Shown: positions 12,306 to 23,968 of the stretch, piece after piece
Layout: each line of letters starts with the position of its first letter
How positions within the stretch are numbered: position 1 is the first letter of the stretch
DNA from: Cycas panzhihuaensis
Lineage: Eukaryota > Plantae > Cycadophyta
Reading direction: 5' to 3'
Assembly (NCBI GenBank): GCA_023213395.1
Contig: CM041465.1
Coordinates: 44,027,741-44,091,740 of the forward strand
Length of the DNA: 64,000 bases
Notes under the pieces: generated by a model
Databases searched by the model: none
What the model was told of the DNA's origin: nothing
Seen by the model: only the letters and a program-made list of their open reading frames with translations
Position numbers and translations under genes: made by a program

Positions 12306-15300
12306 TGTTGCAACCCTTGCAACTTGCAATGTAATTAACTAAACTATAGTTAGTTGTGTGGATTATTTTGAAAAGTAGCAAGAATAATGAATAAGAAAGA
12401 AGAATGAAATGCCACAAAAATACTTTATATAAATACATGGAATATTGTATTTGTAAGCATGAATAAATAATATATAGAATAATAATATTTAGGACTATTT
12501 GCTTAGGGATTTTGTCCAATTATTTCCTTTGGCTTGCACCTATTTTAGATTTATAGTTTGTTGTAAGGTTATTGATCTCAGATCTATCATAAGGGGTATC
12601 AGAATGTGGTTTTGGAGCCTCTTTCACTACGAATTCACCCTGATAACTACAAATATGCACTTGGTTCTCTTCCTTACCCTTTCCTTTTCTCATGCACTCA
12701 TTTTGTCACTAAAATATTCCTTTGATAAGCATTTCTTTTGCCTATCCATACCTCTGTTCCTAAATTGTTTATTTTTGTAGCATTTATATGCTAAATGCTA
12801 TGCCTATTCTTGTAATATGTTTATCTATTTTCCTCTTGCCCTCGCTCACCGATAGCCAATCTATTCCATCCTCAATCTACTTGCATTTAATCACTGTTTT
12901 TAGAATTAAAATTTGCCATTATTCCTCAACGTAGTTGTCATCTCTATTTATTTGTATATCTATCATTATTCCTCTCCATAGTCGATGTATCACCATCATT
13001 GATACCATGTGGCATAGATTTCTACTTATTACATTTTCCCTTAACAAATATTATTTATTCCCTAAGTCATATTTTTAGAATGAGTATGTTCTTCTTAAGG
13101 AATATTTCATTATTTTTGAACTTGTAAGGCATACTAGAATGCTACCTTTTTATTCCATTTCATCACCCTTATTTTGTCTCATCCTCCTCTAATCACATGT
13201 CCTTATTCATTCTTAGCCACATCTGGTAACTAGTACTAGAGCTTTGGTCAAGGGTTATAAAGCCTTCCCATATAGATTATGAGAAATAAGCATGAATGAC
13301 ATCTCCCATGATGGCTCCATTAGCAGTCGTCGCAAATCTGTGGAAGTGGCCATACAAGATACTAAAGAATTAAAGGACATTATGGCTAGCATCAAAGATT
13401 TCATTGTCTCTATTCTAGGTTTAGATGCAAGGCAACCTCTACCACCACCTCCTAGTAATGATAATACTAGCACCAAGGTAGTTTAGTTAAAAAAGAAACT
13501 TGTCATTCCAAATTTTAGTACTAAGGGATCAATGGGCCTCGAAGAATGGCGATCAAAGCTTAAAGTGGCTTTTGAAGTCATCCTTATCAAAGGTATCATC
13601 AATCAAACACACTTTTCCATAAATCATATGGAAAATCATATTTATTTATGGGCACAAAATTAGTACGCAACTCATACATTTCTAGATTGGACAAGCTTTA
13701 TTGAATCTCTTTGTGAGCATATCAAAGGACCTAATATAGCATCCTATGAGGTCCAACTCTCTTATTGTTTTCAAAGAGACATGTTGGTCAAAGATTTCAT
13801 GGAACACTTTGAGAAATTTCAACACAAAGCCACTATTCTTGAGGATGAGGTGTTACAATTTTATCAAGTCCACCTTTGACTTGAACTTGATGTCAAAGTA
13901 CACGTTTATTTTGGATTCATTTATAGATGCCATTTGCTTGGTCAAGCATGCCAAATCTAAACTTAAAACACAAGCTTTATGTTACATCCCATCTCAATGT
14001 TGTCTATCCTTTAGACAAAGGAATCCAACCTTTACACAACCAGACAATTCTAATTGTATCAAACAAAATGAGACCTATCGTTATTATGGTGAGAAATGTA
14101 TTAGCAAACATCTCTGAGTATGCTCAAAGCAAAAATAATTTTATGCAGTTATACTCGATGCTAAAGACAAAGAAGTGGATATCAATGATGACTAGCTTGT
14201 GATTGAGCAAATTCTACCAATGGAGGACAATTGACCATCTATTTCACTAGCAACTATTTTAGGGATATAACAACCCATCACTATCAAGCCTTATGATTTT
14301 TTATAAAAAAGAGGTTATGGTCCTAATCGATTATGGGAATACTCATAGTTTCATAAACACTCGACTTGGCAACTAGATTGGAATACACATAGATTAATCC
14401 TGAAAGTTTATCATCTTAGTACTGATTTATTACTTAATTTTACGTGATAGAAAAGTAGCCCACTGAGAGCTACAAATTGGTAGTTTCATCATCTGCAGTA
14501 ATTTTTATGCATTTCCTATTGGCTCTTTAGATATGGTTCTCAACGTTGAGTGCCTTTGCCAACCCGATACCTATGCATTCAAACAAAACAAGAATTTTGT
14601 TTGCTTTGATTGGGATGGAAAGTTCTACCAACTAGCTAGTTTTTCAACACCCTACATTAAGATTATATTAGCTAATCTTCATAATTAACTACTTGAGGAC
14701 TAATGCTAAGACCTCCAATCTCTGCTTATTATCTATGATCAAGTCTTTCAGTCTTTGCCAACTGAACTTCCTCCTGATCATGGCATGGAACACATCATTG
14801 AGATCATGCCCAATGATAAACCCACCTTAGTATGGCCTTATAGATATAAACATAAATAGTAGATTAAAATTGAATGTCTCACCAAAGACATGTTAGATCT
14901 TAGTGTAATAATGGCTAGTAACAATCCTTATATAACCTTGATTGTACTCACTAAGAAGAAAGACAATGCTTATAGATTGTGTGTTAACCATTGAACTCTT
15001 AATACTATCACAACTAAGAATAAGTACCCTATGCCAAGGATGGATGATGTCATTGATAAGCTTTAAGGGTTTGCCTTCTTCTCTAAGATTGATTTACAAT
15101 CAAGATATTATCAAATTCCTATCCTTATTTAGAACCAACAAAAGATAATTTTTCACATTCATCAAGGGTTATTAGAGTTCAAGGTCATGCCATTTGGTCT
15201 TATAGATGCTCCAACAACATTCTAGGTTGTTATGAATAAAGTATTGAACCCTTTTTTATGAAAATTTATCATGATTGTTTTTTATGACATCCTTATTTAC

Positions 15301-17385
15301 AACAAAAACTGGCAACAACACCTAGATCATGTTCACAAGATCCTTAATATCTTATTATGCGATCACTTATTCCCTAAATAATTTAAGTGTTGCTTTGCAA
15401 AATAGACCTTAGAGTATTTGGAGCATATAATCTCAATCAAAGGTGTTTGTATGGATCCCAAAAAGGTATAAGCTATTCTAGACTAGCCCCTAGCAACCTT
15501 AGTAATCTCCCTTCCATGTTCATAAGGGCTTACCAACTTTTATCGTATTTATGTCCATCACTATTCTTCCATTATTGCCCCACTCATATATCTTTGCAAA
15601 AAAGACTCCTTTAAATGAGCCAACCTAGTAGAATAATCCTTGTCTCAATTAAAGATTTCCATCACATTTGTCTCAATCCTTGCCTGACTTGATTTTTCTC
15701 AACCATTTGAGCTCCATTGCGATGCATGCAAATCAAGAATAAGCATTGTTCTTATGCAAAATAATTATCTTATAGCCTTCAAAAATAAAAAATTAAATCT
15801 TCGAGAGTAAATATATTTAGCTTATAACAAGGAAATGTTGGCCATAGTTCATGCACTAGTAAAGTGGCATTAATATCTTCTCAAGAGCAAATTTACTGTC
15901 CATACCAACCACCACAATTTTAAATGTTTACTACAACAAAAGTAGGTCACCAAGATTCATGACATTGATTTTGATATTGTGTATAAAAAGGGCAAAGACA
16001 ACATCGTGGCCAATAGCCTTTCACGTAAATTCGAATAGGAGTCTTGCCAAGTAATCATAACCTTTTTACCCATTTGACTTGATCAACTTCACTCACATTA
16101 TGGACAAGACTTTGCCACTAAAATTAATATGCAAAAATATTATCAAGGTAAAGCACACTTAATTAGACACTTCATGGGCATATACTCCTTTACAAAAATC
16201 AAGTATACCTATCCTAATCTTTTATCCTTAAAGAGTTTATCCTATAAGAAGGTCATTTATCCCTAACAACATGCCACTCTAGATTTGAAAATACTTATGC
16301 TCATATTTGAAAATAGTTCATATCTGAAAGTTGTTCTATTAACTTGGTCAAATGAAAAATATTCAAAATTTCATCATTGCTTGTGACATATGTCAACACT
16401 AGAAGGGTGAGATAATAAAATTTCTAGGTCTCTTATAGCCTCTACCTATTCTAATGAGCAAATAGACCAACATTAATATGTATTTCATTATTGGTCTTCC
16501 TCCCTATATCAATAAATAAACTATTTTGGTTGCAGTTTATTGCCTAACCAAATATACACATTTTATACCATTAGCCAACATATCATCTACAATTTTGATC
16601 ACTGATCTTTTACGAAACATATTTATCGATTACACATTTTCTTTTAAAGACTATTGGAAGTGATTGCAATCCAAAACTTTATAGACATTTTTGGTCTAAA
16701 CTCTTGCAACTAACATGAACACAACTATAAATGAGCACTACATATCATCCTTAAATAGATGCCCAAATAGAGGCCGCTAACAAATGCCCCAAAACCTATC
16801 TTCACTACTTCACCTATGATAAACAAGCTCATTGGGCATAATGGGTGCACCTTGCAAAGTACCAATACAATACCTCATACTACTATGACATTTAAATGTC
16901 TAGCTTTTTAGTGCTTGATGGGTATCCACCCCTAGATACTTAGTGTTTTTTTCATTCTTCTCTAAGAGATTCAACAAACAAATTTGCTTATCCAAGCCCT
17001 TAAAGATAATCTCCATTAAGCCTAGAATCACATAAAGTAGTAGGTCAATGCTTATCATGCAAAATGACAATTCAATCTAAGTGATTAGGGTTTTGTTTGT
17101 CTCCAACACCACAAATAATTATCGTTGAAGAATTCTGGTAAGAAAAGTTATCACCCAGATTTTATGGTCCCTTTTAGGTTCTCAAATGCATTGGTCTTGT
17201 GGCATATACCCTTGATGTACTTGGTGCATAAATCCATAACGCGTTTTATGTGTTCAACCTCAAGCCCAAGGTTGACAACCAAACATCCCTTCAAATAAAG
17301 ATTCTATAATTTGATGAAGAGGGTAAACTAGTATTGGTTGCAAAAGCCATCTTAGCTACTCAAACCAAATAACTATGTCAGTATG
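12306..17385 (+). mobile_element. Gypsy D (chromovirus-like), 3'-truncated at the start of the chromodomain
   Basis: 5' LTR 12306-13221 (TGTTGC...CCACA), altered PBS TGGTAACTAGTACTAGAGC, gag ~13292, RT (KVMPFGL), RH (FELHCDA), INT (PLPIL, FYGPF); no 3' LTR. Confidence 0.85.
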
Positions 17386-17489
17386 TGATCAACTTAGTAA
17401 GAGTATCTTAAAAAACACTTTGATCACCACCTTTCATTGTTACATCAACATTAAGGCTAGCATTTATTTCTAAGTTGATAGACTAGGCA

Positions 17490-18480
17490 TTATTTTTTTG
17501 TAAGTCTTTAGCCCTAGCGTAGTCATGTACCCATCAAGGCTATAATATTTGTTTTATGTTTTATTAAGATCAAGTGCTCTACATTCATTTCTGAATAATT
17601 CATTTTGATCCAATCATCTACTTTCCATTGCCTAATTTAGACCAACCTATCTTAGAAAGGCGCCTTCTTCAACTTAAAACATAAATGCTCCTAAATATAT
17701 AACAATTATCTACATATCTCTAAGAAACATAGTTTCCTAGTTTGGTGTCTCAAGAGGAATAATACATAGCCTTTATGGATATTAACCCATATAATGTAGT
17801 ATTTCTCAAAAATTTAGAAGTCACCATTTCTTCTATCATCTTTCCCCACTTGCCATACTTGTACATCATCAAGTACTCTCTTACACTAGCCTAGTGATTT
17901 CTCAATAATCCAAAATAATTTATTCAATACTATTTAATAATGGAGTTCTTGATTTACCTTCCACACTATTGGATAATAAAAGGTAATAGGCATGTTCGCC
18001 TCCTATCTCTTGATATCTAGTGGAAAGGTTGAGTCTAGAGAAATGAAGGCCAATATAACAAAAAATAAATCTGAAGACACATAAAACCTATTACTTTTCT
18101 TGACTCTAATCAATTGATAGGAGATAATATCACTTACGATCAAGGCTCAATTCAACATTTATCCCTTGTGTAGAACAAGGTAAATGAGATGCGTACTCAT
18201 TTTATCTATTGTGCATGTATTCTCTTTCCCAAAGATTTTGGACAATAATGCCATCCATCTCTAAGTCCTTTATTGTAATTTATTTTTAGCTATTGATTTT
18301 TTTAACTACCTTTTTGATAGTTCCAACATTCAACCTAAAATGATTTTAGCAAGTTCTTTGTTCTTCCTAGAAGCCATCTTAAAAAAAGTTCATATGAAAG
18401 TTATGTTTACCAAAAATGTGTTAAACATTCTCTAAAATCTTTGGGTAGATAAACCACATATTTCATCTTGTGCTAGTGAC
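17490..18480 (-). pseudogene. Decayed additional ORF of Gypsy E, downstream of integrase
   Basis: LN*ALIVSDIISYQLIRVKKSNRFYVSSDLFFVILA at ~18155-18050, resembling the N(W)A.I(S) motif in C. Confidence 0.55.
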
Positions 18481-18710
18481 TTTGCATATGTCATTTTGCA
18501 TCTATGCAGTTCTCTTCTAACATGAATAGGTTCTATAATCTTTGATGTAAAAAAGATGTTAACCCCTCTTCATATTTTATCAATTGTAGTGCCTTCAAAT
18601 TAAGGTGAGTAGGTAATATAGTTTCTTCACCATAGACTATTAAATAAAGAGAATATTATAGAGCTTCCTTAGTGGTAATCCTATTAGCCCATGAAAATTA
18701 ATGTTATTTG

Positions 18711-18956
18711 ATATGTCAATCCTTTATTTTGTTTTATTAACCTTTTGAGAATCCTAGATAAGTTCTTATTTGTGGATTATATTAATCCATTACCCTAGAG
18801 AAAACAATTAGATGAAGTATTAAACTTGACATAGATTGATATGCTAATCATTTTTATTTTATTTTATCAACCTTTTGAGAATCTTAGACATGTTCTTATT
18901 TGTGGTTTCTATTAATCCATTACCTTAGGGGAAATAGTTAGATGAAGTATTAAACT
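18711..18956. repeat. Tandem duplication (~115 bp, period ~130) in the E integrase
   Basis: CCTTTTGAGAATC...ATTAATCCATTACC...GATGAAGTATTAAACT occurs twice. Confidence 0.9.
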
Positions 18957-20975
18957 CAATACCATGTTTTTGGCATAAGCTAACCATTTCAATAGAAATG
19001 AAATTCGTACTATTATCTAGAGTTAAATATGCAGGAACTCCAAAATAAGGCATCAATGCATGTTCTGAGAATGTAATCACTAAAACTAAGGTTGCTCTCT
19101 TTAAAGCCGTCATCTTTGCCCATCTTTTAAAGTAGTATATGGTAGTCAATATGAAAAGATGTCACTTACTCGAGGCCAAATTGATTAATCAAATATAATC
19201 CAGTTCCCATCTCTCAAAAAGGTTGATTTACATGAATCAACTATAAAAGTTGGCTAGAAGTAACCAACCCTCAATATCTTATGCGTTGTTGCCTTAGTTA
19301 TGAAGTTATCTCTACATAGCTCCACATGAAATTCTTATGAAACCCTAGAGGTCATCAATTATAAGGCATTTTAATAAAGCTCCATCATAGCTTCTCCTAT
19401 AAAGTTGGCCTTGCAAAAGAATATATGGTACTTCCCTCATTTTTATTGACCTTTGGCTTTCTTATCCAATGTTTTTGAGTAATACCCATTGGTCAAATAA
19501 AAGATAATGTTTTGTTAGAAAGGGATAAAGCCTACACTACCTTCATTTAGAGGTTTGACATTGGTCAGGTCTTTAAAATGCCTTCTTTTAACATCTTCAT
19601 CCTTAACCAATTCTCAGGCTTGGTTTTCCACCATCAACTTGCATAATCCTTGGGCTTTTACAATCTTAATAGGTTTCATTTTAAAGTTAAGCTCTTTAAT
19701 TATTGTGAACCACTTTGCCTACCTCCTAATCAACTTAGTCTTATTCAATATAGCTTTAATAGGGGCTATTGGGACATAAGTTATTTTATGGATGTGAATA
19801 ATGTATTTAAAATCCTTATAGCTTTCACTAAAGCATAAACTTCTTGTTTCATTACAGAGTATTATTTAAAAAAGATATCAATCTCTCCTCCTTGTTCTTA
19901 TCCTTCTACATAAGCATTATAGTATATGTCCCTTCTAAAGCATAAGAGTAAAGTAAGAAATTCTTACCAAAATCAAGGCCTACTTAAATTGATACTTAAG
20001 CAATCCAATATTTAATTTGATTAAAGGCCTTCTTTACTCCATTAGTCCACCTAAATTCAATCTCCTTTTTTGGTAATTTATTGATTACCAAGGTGATATA
20101 TACAAAGTCAGGAATGAATCTTTTGAAAAAAATAATGTTACCAAAAAAGGATTGTACTTCTTTACTATTAGTTAGCAATGCAAGTAAGATCATTTATTGC
20201 CTAAGCTCACTCTGGGTCAATATAAGTTTCTTCTATAGAAACAATGACCCAATAGTTTTCCCATGATAACCTTGAATATTATCTTCTTTAGATTTAGGGA
20301 TATGCTATATTCTCTACATCTTTAAAAAACTTGCCTAAAACGATCAACATGATCCCCCATATTTTTTTGGAAATGATAGTCATATCATCATAATATATTG
20401 CAATAATCATGCCAATTAAGTATTCAATAATATGATTCATTACTCTTTGGAAAGCGGCCCCTATATTAACCAACCCAAAAGGCATTTTCTTGTAAGCAAC
20501 GATGCCCAAAATAATAACAAATGTAGTTTTGTACTGATATGTTTTTGTCACAAATACCTTATTATAACATGAAAACTCGTCCAATAATGACATCATTTCC
20601 AACCCTATTACTACATGTAAGATTTACTCCATTTGAGGCAAAGGGTAGTTATCTTTCAAGGAATCCTTGATAAAGTTGTAAAAATCAATATATAGTCAAA
20701 TCTTTCCATTTTTCTTTTGTACAAAAACAAGATTAGCAACCTAGGAAAAATACCTAATTGGGAAGATAATCCTAGCATCCCTTAATTTATGTACATCTAT
20801 GTAGATCAAATCTTTAATTTTAGGATTTACTAGTCTTTGTTTCTCCTTGAATGGTCAGGCATTGAGCTTGATGGGTATAATATGCTAAATAAAATTAGGA
20901 TTGGAGAACTTAAAATCTTCATATGTCTAGGCAAAGACATCATGAAACTCTTTGCATAAAGATAACAGTTTACCA

Positions 20976-21476
20976 TGATAGAATTAATGATTATTTTATT
21001 AATTCATTAATGCACTTTGTAATCACTTTATAAACATAAGGCATTTTAATAACATAATGTTATACAGTGTAAATGTATTTTAAGTTACAACTATGATTTG
21101 TAAGTCCTAGCTTGTAAATGAAAGGGTGACAAACCCCGACAAACTGGAAATTGATTCCCTCCTCAAGGCTCAACACCTGAAAAAAAAAAGTCCTAGCTTG
21201 CGAGGTTAAATGCCCACTTTCTTTGTTGTAATTGTTTCATGCATGAGTGCCACTGGTCACCATGCATTAACTCAAATTGTACCTTATATTATTCTCTCCT
21301 TTGCAAATGTACATATAGTTGGAGAGGTTGCTCTTATATTTTAAGAATTCAATATTAATGAAAGATGGTTTTGGGGTTTGAACCAATTTCTACCCCTTAA
21401 TCTCTTTGTGTACCGATTTGATCTTTTTACTTATAAATGACTTTGTTCAAGTGTAAGCTTAATCTCACTCTTTTCA
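20976..21476 (+). repeat. 5' LTR of Copia F
   Basis: TGATAGAATTAATG...TTTTCA, roughly 85-90% identical to the 3' LTR. Confidence 0.93.
21115..21187 (+). mobile_element. Short poly(A)-tailed non-LTR retroposed insert
   Basis: Flanked by 13-bp TSD AAGTCCTAGCTTG (21102-21114, 21188-21200), ends in an A-run, absent from the 3' LTR. Confidence 0.85.
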
Positions 21477-21719
21477 CTTGGTATCAGAGCTTGTATAGGC
21501 ATTTTTTCCTTTCCTCTTTCTTTTGTTGGCCATATTGCTTTTCCTGTAGCTTCTGCCACCACTATTTCCCCTTGAGTCTCTTCTCATCATTCCAATCTAT
21601 TGCCCTTAAACAACTTATGAAAAAAGCTTGTTTTGTTCAAAATAACCACAATTGTTATATCAAAGCCAAACTCAACCTGCGTCCCTCTGTACAGGCTTGA
21701 AATTTGACTGTCACCTATA

Positions 21720-22540
21720 TTATGTACAACTCTATGCACAAAGATTACACTAATTTCTTGTAATCTAGATGATTACAATCCTTTACAAGTACACATAGCT
21801 AGGCAACATGCTTCTCAATTACTTTGGCAACCTCATGAAGACTACAAACTAGTCAATCATGTCCCAATAATTTCTCAATACAAGCTGCAAAACAATCGAG
21901 ATGTCCATGGGCTCCCCCATTCCAGTAATGATTTTTTTTGCAAGAATCACAAGTACTATAATTAAGAACTAATTCTTAATTCCCCTACAAACTTTGCAGA
22001 GTTACTAAAGGCTGTGGGAATTCATCCCAACTCCAACCTAGGTTCGAATCTCACAGAGCACAAAACATAACATTCATAAATATGCAAAAATAGAGGACAA
22101 TATGAGAAAATTAAATTTGTCAATTCTCTAACCATCAAAGCATTTTTCATTAATCACTTACTAAATATTACATTACATTAATATTGAGCCTCATATATAC
22201 CTTCATTTTATAGTTATGAGGAAGGCTTTTGGCAATATGAAGGGTTGATCATGCAAGGTGACATTTGGCACCTTGTATGATCAACTTACATAAGTGTTAC
22301 AATGAGGTGTGCGCAAAAAAGACCCCACATGTTTAGGCTCACAACCTCATGTTGTAACTTAACATAAACATGAGACTAATACCCTTACAATATACTAATA
22401 TACTAACATTACTTTATATTACAAATGTACATTACATTTACAAGAGATTAGAAAGAATTAATAAAGTCAACATTAATTCTTCTATTAGTTGTAATGTTTG
22501 AAGATTTAGGTGGAATAAATGTCCATAGGTACGAACATCA
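21720..22540 (-). repeat. Possible antisense LTR-like insert in the F leader
   Basis: LTR-like composition, minus-strand TATA-like motifs, hairpins, ends ...GAACA; no TSD found. Confidence 0.3.
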
Positions 22541-23968
22541 TTTGCATTTGTATTTATGCATCATTTGCGTCCCCAATCTCCATCCTCTGCAGCAGCCACC
22601 CAATAAATATTGAGATTTAGTGACAAGGCACTCAAAGAAAATGCTATCATCGCTACAATCTGCTCATATATTCAGAGGTCTTTTTCTTGCCTTGATATTT
22701 AATTAGGTGACTTCTTTCTAGTGAGTTTTTTAAGGCAAATTTGTAATTTCTAGGGTTTTATCAGCTATCCTAAGTCCATGTTTTATTCTTGGGCATTTAT
22801 CATTTGGGTTTTTACTTCTGCTCGGAGACATTTACAACCACTAGATACATAGTTTTAATTGAATAGAAATCAACCCGAGCATTGTATTCTTGAATCCTCT
22901 CTTGTTGTGGTTCAAGCTTAAAGCTACAAAGAATGAAATCAATCTATTTTAGAGGATTTGTGCAGATTTGTTGAAGAAATATTTGTGTGGCCCTCATCTA
23001 TTAATTTGGTTCTCATTCATTGAATGATTAACAAAAGTATGCAAGATGATTACTTATTGTGATCCTCTCAGAATCTAGACTTTAGATGTATTACCTGATT
23101 ACGATTCCTTAGCTTCAATTAGAAGAAAACTCCATTTGTATCCTAAATTAATTGCCCCTATCCTTCACCTATTTTGTTTTTAATTTTTTTCTATAGTTTT
23201 AAAATTTTATATATTTTAAAATATCTTAAGTATATTTTTCTTTTAATATTTGTTATTCTTCTAAAGCTTTTTATTTTATCTTTTTTAAACCTTCTTTTAA
23301 TCCCTTTTTTAATATATTTAGTCTTTTTTTTAAATCCCTTTTAGCCCTAATATTTCATTTTATCATCTTTTTTAATTAAAAATATATGTTTTCAAGTTAA
23401 AATATTAAAAATTTAATGATATTTGAAGATGTTTTTAGGCATTTATCAAAATAACAAAGTTTTTAAACTTCAAACATTAAAAGGATAACTCCTAAATTAA
23501 TTTGTGACCATATTAGTCCTGTAAAGGAAATAGTTAGGACCCTTGAAGTTAATCACTCTCATACGCATGAGTTGTATGCACTTGGATAAATGAGCTAGGG
23601 GATAGCTTACTATCAAGTGTATTGAGTGACGAGTTGATGTGTAAACCCATAGACTTAGAGTTTGGAGACTAGGCTATACCCATAGAGGGTGAGTGCCTTG
23701 GTTGGAAGTGTGCCCTTAGATGAAAACTTGATCATTAAAGCTATAAATCTATGGTGGGTGGATCCATAATGTTAGGAGGGTAGTAGAGCCTTCTAGTTTT
23801 CATGTACCTTTAGGTATATAGAGTTTCTAAACTACCACCTATGAGTAAATACGACATTAGATAGGACAGTCTCAATTACTAGGTGTTATTAGGCAAGGAG
23901 GCATTGAGACATTAAATCTTATATTAGTAAACCATTTTCAGGTAGATAAGACACTTAATTGAAACATA

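Larger units (their letters stand above)
17385..20975 (-). mobile_element. Gypsy E (non-chromovirus): RT-RH-INT and extra ORF; continues at 28665-28975
   Basis: LLDEFSCYNKV, KMPFGLVNIGAAFQR, YYDD, YFKRWAK, WANRITTK...VYGEETILP. Confidence 0.88.

Noticed and set aside
22012-22062. GGTTCGAATCTC as a tRNA or SINE B-box
   Set aside because: No cloverleaf, A-box, tail or TSD found
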